DNA of 64,000 bases from assembly GCA_963699525.1 (NCBI GenBank), contig CAVOUI010000012.1, forward strand, positions 47,839 to 111,838, given 5' to 3'. Under the pieces are notes generated by a model, which did no database searches, was not told where the DNA came from, and saw nothing but the letters and a program-made list of their open reading frames with translations. Source of the DNA: an uncultured beta proteobacterium. GTDB lineage: Bacteria > Pseudomonadota > Gammaproteobacteria > Burkholderiales > SG8-41. Below, piece by piece: positions 19,443-30,441 of this stretch (its first letter is position 1; each line of letters starts with the position of its first letter). A program made the position numbers and the translations under genes.

Positions 19443-20198
19443 CTAATGCACGATGTATCCGCCGTCCATGACCAGCGCGTGGCCGATCACGTAGGCGGCA
19501 TCCTTCGACACCAGGAATGAAACCACCCCCGCGACCTCCTCGACGGTGCCGAAGCGGCCGATCGGGACGTCGCGCGCGCGCTGCTCGAGCTCGCCCGGGT
19601 TGCGGCCCGCGAGGAAGCCCTCGGTGGACACGGGGCCGGGGCAGACGGCGTTGACGCGGATGCCGTCCGCGGAGAGCTCGAGCGCCATCGAGCGCGTGAG
19701 CTGGATCAGTCCCGCCTTGGTGAGGTTGTAGACCGCTCCGTAGCGTGAGGCGACGAGCCCGAGCTGGCTCGCCATGTGGATCACGTGGCCGCCGCCCTGC
19801 GCGCGCATGATCGGCACCACCGCCTGGCTGGCAAAGAATGGAGCGCGCAGGTTGACCGCCACCAGCCGGTCGAAATCCTCGTGTGAAAATTCCCCGAAGG
19901 CCTTGCGCGCGCGAATGCCCGCGTTGTTCACCAGGATGTCGATGCGGCCCATGCGCTTGTGGGCCGCGGCGACCATGGATTCCGCCTCTCCCGTGCGCGC
20001 GAGGTCGTGCACGCCCCAGGCGGCATCCGGGGCGCCGGCCTTGCGGCAGGCCGCGGCGGTGTCCTCGAGTTCCCCTTCGGTACCGTCCGCCGCGAGGTAG
20101 ATTGCGGCGCCGTCCTGGGCCAGGCGCAGCGCGACCGCCCGGCCGATTCCGCGCGACGCGCCCGTGACGAGCGCGACCTTGCCCTTCAGCGCGCCCAC
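19443..20198 (-). CDS. SDR-family oxidoreductase
   Basis: TGASRGIG, NNAG, YNLTKAG. Confidence 0.85.
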   Translation of the reverse strand: MGALKGKVALVTGASRGIGRAVALRLAQDGAAIYLAADGTEGELEDTAAACRKAGAPDAAWGVHDLARTGEAESMVAAAHKRMGRIDILVNNAGIRARKAFGEFSHEDFDRLVAVNLRAPFFASQAVVPIMRAQGGGHVIHMASQLGLVASRYGAVYNLTKAGLIQLTRSMALELSADGIRVNAVCPGPVSTEGFLAGRNPGELEQRARDVPIGRFGTVEEVAGVVSFLVSKDAAYVIGHALVMDGGYIVH

Positions 20199-20220
20199 TG
20201 TCTTCGCCGCAGGTCGGCGC

Positions 20221-21189
20221 TCAGTCGACCTTGAGCCCCGCAGCGCGCACCACTTCGCCCCAGGCGCGCATTTCGGCCGCCACGTACTCCTTGAACTGGG
20301 CCCGCGTGAACGGCGCCGGTTCGGCCGAGTTCGCGGTGAGCATCTCCTTGACCTTCGGCTGCGTCACCGCCTTCATCACTTCCGCGTACATCCGGTCGAG
20401 GATTTTCGGGGGCACGCCGGCGGGCGCGAAGAACCCGGTGTTGCATCCCATCACGAATCCGGGAAGGGATTCTGCGAGGGTCGGGGTGTCCGGATAGAGC
20501 GGCGAACGCTTCGGCAAGGTGATTCCGAGAAGCGTCAGCCTTCCCGACTTGATGTGGGGAATGGCGGCGGAAATGCACGAGAAGTACATGCCGGCTTCTC
20601 CGCCGACGAGGGCAGCCGTGGCCGGGCCGCCCCCCTTGTAGGGCACGTGCAGCGGCTTGATCCCGGTCAGGCGGTTGAACCGCTCGCCGGTCAGGTGCGT
20701 GATCGAGCCCGGCCCGGAAGAGGCGAAGGAGAACTCGGGGTGCGACTTCGCGTACTCGATCAGTTGCGCGGTCGTCCTGATGCCGTACTTGGGATTGACG
20801 ACCAGCACCAGCGGCGATTGCGACGGCAGCGCGATCGGCTCGATGTCCTTCCGGGGGTCAAAGGTCAGCTTCGTGTAGAGCGTCGCGCTGATGGCGTGGC
20901 TCGGCACGTCGGTCATCAGCATCGTGTAGCCGTCCGCGTTCGCCTTGGCCGCGATGGAGACACCCAGCGTGCCGGCCGCGCCCGGACGGTTGTCGGGGAT
21001 CACCTGCTGCCCGAGGGATTCGGTCAGCGCGATGCTGAGGCCGCGGGCTATCACGTCGGTGACGCCGCCGGGAGGCCACGGGATGATGAGGCGGATCGGG
21101 CGCGACGGATACTGCTGAGCCTGCGCCCAGGGGGCCATCAACAGAAGCAGGGCTGGGAACAGGAATCCTGCGGCTTTTCTTGCGTTCAT
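20221..21189 (-). CDS. tctC: TctC-family substrate-binding protein
   Basis: Signal peptide, LIIPWPPGGVTD. Confidence 0.85.
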   Translation of the reverse strand: MNARKAAGFLFPALLLLMAPWAQAQQYPSRPIRLIIPWPPGGVTDVIARGLSIALTESLGQQVIPDNRPGAAGTLGVSIAAKANADGYTMLMTDVPSHAISATLYTKLTFDPRKDIEPIALPSQSPLVLVVNPKYGIRTTAQLIEYAKSHPEFSFASSGPGSITHLTGERFNRLTGIKPLHVPYKGGGPATAALVGGEAGMYFSCISAAIPHIKSGRLTLLGITLPKRSPLYPDTPTLAESLPGFVMGCNTGFFAPAGVPPKILDRMYAEVMKAVTQPKVKEMLTANSAEPAPFTRAQFKEYVAAEMRAWGEVVRAAGLKVD

Positions 21190-21218
21190 CGTCGTTCCTC
21201 CTGGTTATTTGTGCCAGC

Positions 21219-22013
21219 CTACCACAGCGACTTCAGCCTGCCGCCATCCAGGTTGAGCGAGACGCCCGTGATGTAGCTCGCGCGCTCCGAGCAGAGGAAC
21301 ACGATCGCGTTCGCGAGCTCTTCGGGCCGGCCGAAGCGGTTCAGCGAGTTCTTCCGCGCCGCGCGCCGCCGCGCTTCCTCCTCGCTCTGCGCGCCGAGCT
21401 CCGCGGCAAGCCCCTGGGCATTGCGCTGCCACAGGTTGGTATCGACCCAGCCGGGGCAGATCGCGTTGACCAGCACGTTGTGCTCGCCGAACTCGGTCGA
21501 TAGCGACTTGGTGATGTTGAGGAGCCCGCTGTTGGTGATCCCGCTGCCGAACATGTAGGGATCCGGTTCCTTGCCCGCGCCGCCGATCACGTTGATGATG
21601 CGCCCCCAGCGCTGCGCCTTCATCTTCGGATAGACCAGCCGGATCGCGCGCAGGAACCCGAACAGCTTGGTCTCGAGCTGCTCCTTCAGGCCCGCGTCGG
21701 TCATCACGTCGAAGCGGCCCGAGTACATCTGGCCGGCGTTGTTCACCAGGATGTCCACGTGCCCGAGTTTCTCCTGCGCGGTCGCGACCAGGCGTTCGAC
21801 GTCGCCGGGCTTGCTCATGTCGGCCACGACCGCATGAATTTCGCCGCCGGTTGCCTGCGCGAGTTCTGAGCGCGTGCGCTCCAGCGTGTCTGCTTTGCGG
21901 CCGCAGATCAGCACCCGCACCCCCTCTTCGAGAAACTGCCGGGCCGTCTCGCGTCCGATGCCGCGGCTGCCGCCGGTCACGATCGCCGACCGTCCCCTGA
22001 TGCCCAGATCCAC
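21219..22013 (-). CDS. SDR-family oxidoreductase
   Basis: TGGSRGIG, NNAG. Confidence 0.85.
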   Translation of the reverse strand: MDLGIRGRSAIVTGGSRGIGRETARQFLEEGVRVLICGRKADTLERTRSELAQATGGEIHAVVADMSKPGDVERLVATAQEKLGHVDILVNNAGQMYSGRFDVMTDAGLKEQLETKLFGFLRAIRLVYPKMKAQRWGRIINVIGGAGKEPDPYMFGSGITNSGLLNITKSLSTEFGEHNVLVNAICPGWVDTNLWQRNAQGLAAELGAQSEEEARRRAARKNSLNRFGRPEELANAIVFLCSERASYITGVSLNLDGGRLKSLW

Positions 22014-22040
22014 CCGGTTCTCCGTGTTCTTCGGCAGGGA

Positions 22041-24223
22041 CTAGAGGCGGATCGGCAGCGAGCGCACCCGCTTGCCGGTGGCGGCGAAGACTGCGTTCGC
22101 GACCGCGGGCGCGATGACCGGCGTCGCGGGCTCGCCCACGCCGCTCGGCTTCTCGCTCGAGGCCACGATGTGCACGTCGACCCGCGGCATCTCGTTCATG
22201 CGCAGCGGCGCGTAATCGTGAAAGTTCGACTGCTCGACTACGCCGTCCTTGAGCGTGATCGCGCCGTGCAGCGCCGCCGTCAGCCCGTAGGCAATGCCGC
22301 TTTCCATCTGGGCGCGGATCACCGAGGGATTCACCGCCACGCCGCAGTCGACGGCGCACACCACGCGGTTAACCTGGAGCGCCCCGTCGCGCACCGTCAC
22401 CTCGGCGACCTGCGCAACGAATGTGTTGAACGATTCGTGAACGGCGATGCCCCGGCCCCGCTGCGCGCCCGCTGCCTGCGCGAGCGGCTTGCCCCAACCG
22501 GCCCTCTGCGCGGCGAGCTCCAGCACGCCCTTGTGGCGCGAGGTGCTTGGCGAGCAGCGTGCGGCGCAGCTCGTAGGGGTCCTTGCCGGTGGCCGCGGCG
22601 ATCTCGTCCAGGAATGTTTCGGTCGAGAACGCGGTGTGGGTCGAGCCCACCGAGCGCCACCACTGGACCGGGACGCCCATTTTCGGCGAATGCAGCTCGA
22701 CGCTCAGATTGGGAATGCCGTAGGGGAGGGTGCTCGCGCCTTCGACCGAAGTGGCGTCGATGCCGTTCTTGACCATCGCGCTCTCGAACGCGGTGCCGGC
22801 GAGGATGGATTGCCCGACGATGCGGTGATGCCAGGCGATGATCCGGCCCTGCGCGTCGAGCCCCGCCTTGAGCACGTGGTAATTCAGAGGGCGGTAGTAG
22901 CCCGCCTGCATGTCGTCCTCGCGCGTCCACACCAGCTTCACCGGCGCGCGGCCGTTGATCGCCTTCGCGATCGCCGCGGCCTCGACGAGGTAATCCGAGC
23001 GCGGATTGGCCCGGCGGCCGAAGCTGCCGCCCGCGTAGAGCATGTTCAGGCTCACCTGCTCGGGCTTCAGCCCCACCACGCTCGCGACTGCTACCTGATC
23101 CCCGGTCTGCATTTGCTCGCCGTTCCAGACTTCGCACGCGTTCGCGCCGAGCTTCACCACGCAGTTCATCGGCTCCATCGCCGCATGCGCGAGGTAGGGG
23201 AATTCGTAGGCCGCCTCCAGAGTCTTCGCCGCGCCGGCGAGCGCGCGATTGACGTCGCCATCCCTGCGCGCGGAGAGCCCCAGTGTTGCCGCGCGCTTGC
23301 GGTACTCGGCCAGGATCTCGGCCGAGCCGAGCTTGAACGCGCCCGTCTCGTCCCATCGCGATCAGTAGCGCGTCGCGGCCGGACTTGGCCGTCCAGAAGT
23401 CTCCCGCCAGCACCGCCACCCCCTGAGGGATTGCCACCACGTCGGTCACGCCCTTGACCGCCTTTGCCTTCGCGGCGTCGAAGGACTTCACCCGCGCGCC
23501 GAAGCGCGGCGGATGCGCGACGACCGCGGTCAGCATCCCGGGAAGCTTCACGTCCTGCGTGAAGATCGCGGTGCCGGTGGACTTCGCGCGGCTGTCCGGG
23601 CGCGGCACCCGCTTGCCGATATAGACGAAGCTCTTCGGGTCCTTCAGCTTCACCTCGGCCGGCACCAGCTGCTTCGCGGCGTCCGCGGCGAGCTGCCCGA
23701 AGCTCGCCTTGCGCCCGGAGGCCTTGTGCAGCACCGTGCCGCGGCTCACCGTGATCGAGCCGGGCTCGACCCTCCAGCGCTGCGCGGCGGCGGCAACCAG
23801 CATCGCGCGCGCGGTGGCGCCCGCCTTGCGCAGCTGCTCCCAGGAATTCGCGATCGCGGTGCTGCCGCCCGTGCCCTGCGCCGGTCCCCAGAACAGGTTG
23901 TTGTAGCGGCTCGCGTCGGCCGGCGCCGGCTGGACGATGACCTGGCCCCAGTCGGCATCGAGCTCCTCGGCGACGAGCGTGGGCAGCCCGGTGTAGGTGC
24001 CCTGGCCCATCTCCAGGTGCTTGACCACGACGGTCACCCGGCTGTCCGTTCCGATGCGGACGAAGGCGTTTGGTTCGAACGCGCCGGCGGCGACAGCCTT
24101 GCCGCCCGCCCGGCCGGGTCCCGCCTGGGCAAATACCGACGGTGCCGCGAGGCCGAGCGTGAGGCCGGCGCCGGCCTTGAGGAAATCGCGCCGGCTCAGG
24201 TTGACGATGCCGAGAGTGTCCAT
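22041..24223 (-). pseudogene. Molybdopterin-binding subunit of an IorB/aldehyde-oxidase-type xanthine dehydrogenase family enzyme with a Tat signal; broken into at least three frames
   Basis: Start MDTLGIVNLSRRDFLKAGAGL at 24223 with an AGGAGGA Shine-Dalgarno; pieces in ORFs 22397-24625, 22369-23178 and 22041-22526. Confidence 0.7.
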
Positions 24224-24231
24224 GTGTCCTC

Positions 24232-24693
24232 CTACGCCAGCGCCTTGGCCGCGCGCTTGATGGCGGCCCGGATGGCGTTGTAGGTGCCGCAGCGGCAGAC
24301 GACGCCGGTCATCGCTGCATCGATGTCGGCATCGTTCGGGTTCTTGTTGGCGGCGAGCAGCGCCACCGCGGACATGATCTGGCCCGACTGGCAGTAGCCG
24401 CACTGCGGCACGTCGAGCGCGATCCAGGCGTCCTGCACTGCTTTGCCGACGTTGTCCGAACCGAGGCCCTCGATCGTCGTAATCAACTTGCCGGCCGTAT
24501 CGGTCACGCGCGTGCTGCAGGAGCGCGTGGGCGCGCCGTCGATGTGGACGGTACAGGCGCCGCACAGCGCCATGCCGCAACCGTACTTGGTGCCGGTCAG
24601 GTTGAGATGGTCGCGCAGCACCCACAGGAGGGGCGTGTTGGGATCGGCGTCCACCTGCGCCTGCTGGCCGTTCACCTGGAGGGGAATGATCAC
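24232..24693 (-). CDS. (2Fe-2S)-binding subunit of the molybdenum hydroxylase (IorA-like)
   Basis: [10 protein letters not shown]...[15 protein letters not shown]; GTG start at 24693 with an AAAGGAA Shine-Dalgarno; its stop overlaps the next start by 12 nt. Confidence 0.8.
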   Translation of the reverse strand: MIIPLQVNGQQAQVDADPNTPLLWVLRDHLNLTGTKYGCGMALCGACTVHIDGAPTRSCSTRVTDTAGKLITTIEGLGSDNVGKAVQDAWIALDVPQCGYCQSGQIMSAVALLAANKNPNDADIDAAMTGVVCRCGTYNAIRAAIKRAAKALA

Positions 24694-24806
24694 GGCGTTC
24701 CTTTCGGGAAATCGGGGCAAGAATAATACTGCATCGAAGTATCGCGCCAAAGCCCGCCCAATGCCACTCGTGTTAACTTTCCGCTTTTCCAGAAAAGGGA
24801 ATGACC

Positions 24807-25431
24807 ATGAGCAGCCCAGCGAGCAAGGCAGTCGCGGATAAGCGGCGGTTCAAGCTGATCCCGGTCGAGGAGCTGACGCCGGAGCAGAAGAAGGTGGCGG
24901 ACGCGATCCGGTCGGGGCCGCGCGCCGCCGTGAAGAACTCGTCTGCCGCCAAGCCGGGGCCGCTCGGCGGACCGTTCAACGTCTGGCTGCGCAGCCCGGG
25001 GATCGGCAACCTCATTCAGAGCCTGGGCGCGGAAATCCGCTTCCGCAGCTCCCTGCCTTCGAAGCTCAATGAGCTGGCGATCATCGTGACGGCGCGTCAC
25101 TGGACGTGCCAGTACGAGTGGTTCGCGCATCACCGCCTTGCGCTGGAGGCGGGGCTCAACCCCGCCATCGGCGAGGACATCGCGCAGGGACGGCGGCCGG
25201 CGAAAATGGATGCCGACGAGACGATCGTCTACAACTTCTCCCGCGAGCTGCACGAGAACGCATGGGGTGAGCGAAGCCACGTTCAAGGCCGCGCGCGAGC
25301 GCTTCGGCGAGCGCGGCGTCGTGGATCTGATCGCGGTGAACGGGTTCTACGGGCTGGTATCGATGGCGCTGAACGTGGACCACACTCCGTTGCCGGAGGG
25401 CGAGAAGCTACCGCTGCCGCCGCTCGATTGA
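24807..25431 (+). pseudogene. Carboxymuconolactone decarboxylase (AhpD-like) family protein, frameshift at ~25262
   Basis: The frame changes between ...HENAWG and VSEATFKAARERFG; consistent with a 2-nt loss in a gtgtg run. Confidence 0.65.
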
Positions 25432-25454
25432 AGCGCGAACAGCGCAGGCTCAGC

Positions 25455-25727
25455 TCACGCGGACTGGGGGAAGAAGCCCGAGAGCCAGTTGTAGAGCCAC
25501 GCGAATATCGCGCCGCCGATCGCGCCATCCACCAGGCCGTAGAGCGCGCCGATGACGACCTGCCCGAACGTCGCGCTCGCCTTGTAGCCGGGGTAGATCG
25601 AGGCGACGAGCTGAAGAAACGCGCTCCCGTAGCCGGGCCACATCAGGTTCGAGACGCCCACGAGGAGAATCGCCCCGCCAAAGAACAAGCCGACCGCCAG
25701 GCCCAATCCGCCGATGTTGAACTTCAT
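25455..25727 (-). CDS. Small glycine-zipper membrane protein (91 aa), hypothetical
   Basis: AGGAGGAA Shine-Dalgarno; GxxxG-rich TM helices. Confidence 0.5.
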   Translation of the reverse strand: MKFNIGGLGLAVGLFFGGAILLVGVSNLMWPGYGSAFLQLVASIYPGYKASATFGQVVIGALYGLVDGAIGGAIFAWLYNWLSGFFPQSA

Positions 25728-25813
25728 CATTCCTCCTGTCAGAGACGGTTGCACGACAGACATGCCGCAATGAGAATCACCGAGAGTATCGCGCCAAACT
25801 CCCGCGACGACAA

Positions 25814-26683
25814 ATGAGCCAGTTGCCCTCCGCCGTACGCGGCGCCCTGTGGATGGGCGGTGCTCTGCTGTCGTTCTCTCTCATGGCGGTTGCCGTGCGC
25901 GAGCTGCTCGGGACGCTGGGCAGCTTCGAGATACTTTTTCTGCGCAGCCTCGTCTCGCTCGTCGTGATGCTCGCGCTCCTGCCCTGGTCGGGCATGCGGG
26001 CGCTGCGCACGCGCTTGATCGGCGTGCACGTCATCCGCAACGTGTTCCACTTCGGCGGGCAGTACGCGTGGGTGTACGCGATCGGGATGCTGCCGCTCGC
26101 GACCGTCTTCGCGATCGAGTTCACCATGCCGGTGTGGACCGCCGTGCTCGCGGTGCTGATGCTCGGCGAGCGCCTGGACCGCGGCCGCATGGTCATGCTC
26201 GCGCTGGGATTGGCCGGCATACTCATCATCCTGAAGCCCGGCTTCGCGCAGGTGTCGCCGGCGGCGGTGGTGATGCTCGCCGGCTCCTTCGCCTACGCCG
26301 CGACCATGATCGCCACCAAGCGCCTCGCCGGTCACGATACGGCGTTCGCGGTGCTGTTCTATATGTCGGCGATCCAGGTGCCGCTCGGCCTGCTCCCGGC
26401 GCTTCCGGGCTGGGTCGATCCGGGGCTCGCCGAGCTGCCGTGGATCGTCGCCGTCGGCGGAAGCGGGCTCACCGCGCATTTCTGCCTGACGCGGGCTCTC
26501 CACGCCGCCGACGCGACGCTCGTCGTTCCGTTCGATTTCCTGCGGCTGCCGCTGATCGCCGTGATCGGCATGGCGATCTATGACGAGCCGCTCGAGGTCA
26601 CGACGCTCCTCGGGGCGGCGGTGATCTTTTCCGGCACCTACTACAGCATCCGGCGCGCGAGCCGCGCCCCGAAGGAGCCGTGA
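25814..26683 (+). CDS. DMT (EamA-like) family transporter
   Basis: Ten TM helices, duplicated EamA architecture. Confidence 0.8.
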   Translation: MSQLPSAVRGALWMGGALLSFSLMAVAVRELLGTLGSFEILFLRSLVSLVVMLALLPWSGMRALRTRLIGVHVIRNVFHFGGQYAWVYAIGMLPLATVFAIEFTMPVWTAVLAVLMLGERLDRGRMVMLALGLAGILIILKPGFAQVSPAAVVMLAGSFAYAATMIATKRLAGHDTAFAVLFYMSAIQVPLGLLPALPGWVDPGLAELPWIVAVGGSGLTAHFCLTRALHAADATLVVPFDFLRLPLIAVIGMAIYDEPLEVTTLLGAAVIFSGTYYSIRRASRAPKEP

Positions 26684-26698
26684 GCACGATCCCGAAGG

Positions 26699-27511
26699 AT
26701 GCGCAGGCGCCGCTTCCGGATTGCGTTGGTCCGGCCGCTTTCGAACGCGGTGCGGCGGGCGCTCACGGAGTTGTGGGCCGCGCCGCGACCGGTCCGGCTG
26801 TTCGGGGCGACAGCCGTCCTCCTGGTGCTCCTCCTGGCGCTGAACTGGGTATACCAGGTGATCCGCAAGCCCGCCGAAATGTTCTTTCCGGTGAGCGGCA
26901 CGCTGCACAAGACGCCCTCCGAGACCTGGCGGCAGTACGCGCCGCTCTTCCGCAGTCATTCCACCGCCGTGATGACCCCCGAGATGCTGGCCGCGCTCGC
27001 GCAGGTCGAAGGCTCGGGCAACCCGGTGGTGCGGACCTACTGGCGGTGGCAGCTCTCGTGGAATCCCTTCGAGATCTACCAGCCCGCCTCGAGCGCGGTC
27101 GGCATGTACCAGATCACGAACGCGGCGTTCCAGGACGCGAGGCGCTACTGCATCCACAACCACGTCGTGGCGGAGGACGGTCCCTGGAACGACTGGGGAT
27201 CGTGCTGGTTCAACAGCCTCTACACCCGCGTCATCCCGAGCCACGCCATCGAGATGACCTCCGCGTTCCTCGACCGCAGCGTCGCGCGCACGCTGGCGCG
27301 CCAGCGGATCGCCGCCGCTACGCTCCAGCAGAAGCAGGACCTGGCGGCCGTCATCCATCTGTGCGGACCCGGCGCGGGCGACGCCTACGCGCGGCGCGGC
27401 TTCCAGTTGAATGCCGGGGCAAGCTGCGGCGATCACGAGGCCCGGACCTACCTCGCGAGAGTCAACGCGATGAAGCGCTACTTTTCTGTCGCCGGCGGAC
27501 GACAGGATTGA
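26699..27511 (+). CDS. Transglycosylase SLT-domain protein (lytic transglycosylase-like)
   Basis: AQVEGSGNP, YQITNAAF. Confidence 0.7.
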   Translation: MRRRRFRIALVRPLSNAVRRALTELWAAPRPVRLFGATAVLLVLLLALNWVYQVIRKPAEMFFPVSGTLHKTPSETWRQYAPLFRSHSTAVMTPEMLAALAQVEGSGNPVVRTYWRWQLSWNPFEIYQPASSAVGMYQITNAAFQDARRYCIHNHVVAEDGPWNDWGSCWFNSLYTRVIPSHAIEMTSAFLDRSVARTLARQRIAAATLQQKQDLAAVIHLCGPGAGDAYARRGFQLNAGASCGDHEARTYLARVNAMKRYFSVAGGRQD

Positions 27512-27576
27512 TCCGTTGATCGCTTGCGCGGCGGCAAACGTCCGCCGGGGTAACGCGTCCAAGTAGAATTCACGCG

Positions 27577-29907
27577 ATGTCCCGTTTCAGGAATCTCTGG
27601 CGCCGTTTGTCCCGCTACGGGACATTCTGGCGCTATCTGCGCTACGCCGCGCTTGCGGTCGCCCTGCTCGCTGCGGGCTTTACCCTGTACCTCGACTTCC
27701 GCGTGCGCAGCGAGTTCGAGGGCCGGCGCTTCGCGCTGCCGGCGCGCATCTACGCCCGCCCGCTCGAGCTGCACGCCGGGCTGCGCATCTCGCCGGCGAG
27801 CATCGTGGATGAGCTGCGCCAGGCCGGCTACCGCGAGGTGCCGCGCGAGGACGAGCCGGGCTGGTTCGCGCGCCGCGGCGACTCGATCGAGATCGCGCTG
27901 CGGCCGTTCGTGTTCTGGGACGGGCCGCAGCCCGCGCAGCGCGTGCACGTGGATTTCGAGAACGGCGCGGCAGCGTCGGTGCGCGACGCGCAGGGCCGGG
28001 ACCTGCCGCTGGTGCGCCTGGAGCCCGTGCCGATCGGCGGCATCTATCCCGCGAATAACGAAGACCGCGTGCTCGTGCGGCTGAACCAGGTGCCGAACCA
28101 CCTGGTGCAGGCGCTGCTCGCGATGGAGGACCGCAACTTCCACTCGCACCATGGCTTCGATCTGCGCGGCATGGCGCGTGCGGTCGTGAACTTCGTGCGG
28201 GGCAGGGGGCTTCAGGGCGGCAGCACGCTGACGCAGCAGCTGGTGAAGAACTTCTTCCTCACGCCCGAGCGCACCGTGCAGCGCAAGGTCACCGAGTTCA
28301 TCATGGCGGTCCTGCTCGAGCTGCACTACGACAAGAGCGAGATCCTCGAGACCTATCTCAACGAGATCTATCTCGGCCAGGACCGCGACCGCGCGATCCA
28401 CGGCATCGGGCTCGCGTCGCTGCATTACTTCGGCAAGACCGTGGAGCACCTGACGCTCGCGGAGAGCGCGTTGCTGGTCGGCATGGTGAAGGGCCCGGCA
28501 ATCTACGACCCGTATCGCCATCCGCAGCGCGCGCTCGAGCGGCGCAACACGGTCCTGCGGGAGACCCGGGACCAGGGCCACGCGACGATGAATGACTATG
28601 CGGCCGCGCGGGCCGCGGGCCTCGGGCTGAAGCCGATGGCCTCGATGGGCACCTCGCCGCACCCGGCTTTCCTCGATCTCGTGCACCGGCAATTGCGCCG
28701 GGACTACGACGAGGCCGACCTGCGCTCGGAAGGGTTGCGCGTCTTCACCACGCTCGACCCGCGCGTGCAGGCCGCGGCGGAGCGCGTGCTCGAGCGCAAG
28801 CTCGCGCAGTACGACCGGGAGAAACGCTTCGGCCCCGCGGGGCTGGAAGGCGCGATCATCGTCACCGACAGCCAGACTGGCGAGGTTCAGGCTCTGGTCG
28901 GCGGCCGCGACGCTCGCTACCGCGGCTTCAACCGCGCGCTCGACGCGGCGCGGCCCGTGGGCTCGCTGCTGAAGCCCGTGATCTACCTGACGGCGCTCGC
29001 CGAGCCGTCGCGCTACACCCTCGTCACGCCGATCGACGACGGGCCCTTCGTCTGGAAGAGCCGCGGCGCACCGGACTGGGAACCGCAGAATTACGACAAG
29101 GTCTTCCACGGCACGGTGCAGCTGCGCACGGCGCTCGCGCAGTCCTACAATGCCGCGACTGCGCGGCTCGGCACCGAGATCGGCGTCGAGCGCGTGCTCG
29201 CCACCGTGAAGCGGCTCGGCATCGAGCGCCGGCTGAAGCCGTTCGCGGCGACGCTGCTCGGCGCGGTGGAGCTTTCGCCGCTCGAGGTGGCGCAGATGTA
29301 CCAGACCATCGCGAGCTCGGGATTCCGCGTGCCGCTGCGCGCGATCCGCGAGGTGACCACGCAGGACGGCCGGCCGCTCAAGCCCTATTCCCTGGAAGTG
29401 GAGCAGGTGTTCCCGGCCGCGCCGACTTACCTCCTCACCGCCGCCATGCAGGGAATCGTGCGCGAGGGCACGGCCCAGTCACTTGCCAACTGGCTGCCGC
29501 CGGAGAGCGCGGTCGCGGGCAAGACCGGCACGACGGACGAGCAGCGCGACGCCTGGTTCGCGGGGTTCACCGGCGACCGGCTCGCGGTCGTGTGGCTCGG
29601 CTACGACGACAACCGCGCGGCAAAGCTTTCGGGCGCCGCCGCCGCGCTGCCGATCTGGGGCGAGCTGATGGCGGGGCTCGGCCCCGAGCCGCTGGCGCCG
29701 CCCAGGCCGGATGGCATCGAAAGCGTGCTGATCGATCCGCAGAGCGGCCTGCGCGCCGATGGGCTCTGCCCCGGCGCGCTGGAGTTGCCGTTCGCGCAAG
29801 GCTCAGCCCCGGTGGACCGTGCGCCCTGCGCTTCGGCGGTCGGCGTCGCGGTCGAAGAGGTGAAACAGCAGGCGACGAGCTGGTTCAAGCGCCTGTTCGG
29901 GCGATGA
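27577..29907 (+). CDS. mrcB: Penicillin-binding protein 1B (bifunctional glycosyltransferase/transpeptidase)
   Basis: N-terminal TM helix, UB2H region, glycosyltransferase motifs (EDRNFHSHHGFD, GGSTLTQQL), transpeptidase SxxK (SLLKP), KTGT. Confidence 0.85.
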   Translation: MSRFRNLWRRLSRYGTFWRYLRYAALAVALLAAGFTLYLDFRVRSEFEGRRFALPARIYARPLELHAGLRISPASIVDELRQAGYREVPREDEPGWFARRGDSIEIALRPFVFWDGPQPAQRVHVDFENGAAASVRDAQGRDLPLVRLEPVPIGGIYPANNEDRVLVRLNQVPNHLVQALLAMEDRNFHSHHGFDLRGMARAVVNFVRGRGLQGGSTLTQQLVKNFFLTPERTVQRKVTEFIMAVLLELHYDKSEILETYLNEIYLGQDRDRAIHGIGLASLHYFGKTVEHLTLAESALLVGMVKGPAIYDPYRHPQRALERRNTVLRETRDQGHATMNDYAAARAAGLGLKPMASMGTSPHPAFLDLVHRQLRRDYDEADLRSEGLRVFTTLDPRVQAAAERVLERKLAQYDREKRFGPAGLEGAIIVTDSQTGEVQALVGGRDARYRGFNRALDAARPVGSLLKPVIYLTALAEPSRYTLVTPIDDGPFVWKSRGAPDWEPQNYDKVFHGTVQLRTALAQSYNAATARLGTEIGVERVLATVKRLGIERRLKPFAATLLGAVELSPLEVAQMYQTIASSGFRVPLRAIREVTTQDGRPLKPYSLEVEQVFPAAPTYLLTAAMQGIVREGTAQSLANWLPPESAVAGKTGTTDEQRDAWFAGFTGDRLAVVWLGYDDNRAAKLSGAAAALPIWGELMAGLGPEPLAPPRPDGIESVLIDPQSGLRADGLCPGALELPFAQGSAPVDRAPCASAVGVAVEEVKQQATSWFKRLFGR

Positions 29908-29922
29908 GATGCGGTTAGTAAC

Positions 29923-30363
29923 GTGATCAAGCGCTTGATTGCTGTCGCAGCGATCCTCGGCGGCTGCGCGGGGGTGCAATCTCCGGCGCCCGTCTCGGAA
30001 CCTGTTCCGGCGCCCGTTCCCGCGCCGCCGGCGCCCTTCGAGAACGCCGCCGTCGCGAGCCTGGTGGACGGCGCGCGCGCTGATGTCGCGGCCGGCCGGC
30101 TGGTGAATGCCGCGGCGTCGCTCGAGCGCGCGCTTCGGATCGAGCCGCGCAATCCGCGACTGTGGCAGGAGCTCGCCCGGGTGCGCCTGAGGCAGGGCGA
30201 CTATGCGCAGGCGGAGAGCGTCGCCGCGCGCTCCAACTCTTGGGCGGGCAACGACAGCCGGCTGCGCGCGGAGAACTGGCGTCTCATCGCGCAGGCGCGC
30301 GAGGCGCGTGGCGACGCCGCGGGCGCCCGGGCGGCGCTCGAAGCGGCCGACCGGCAGCGCTAG
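29923..30363 (+). CDS. TPR-repeat lipoprotein
   Basis: GTG start; lipobox ILGGC; TPR-like helices. Confidence 0.6.
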   Translation: MIKRLIAVAAILGGCAGVQSPAPVSEPVPAPVPAPPAPFENAAVASLVDGARADVAAGRLVNAAASLERALRIEPRNPRLWQELARVRLRQGDYAQAESVAARSNSWAGNDSRLRAENWRLIAQAREARGDAAGARAALEAADRQR

Positions 30364-30441
30364 GCCGGGCGCGCTTTGCGGACGGCCGCGGAGCGTGTCA
30401 GACTGTTGCCCCGGATTAGCTGCTGAGCCGTAACCCGACCC

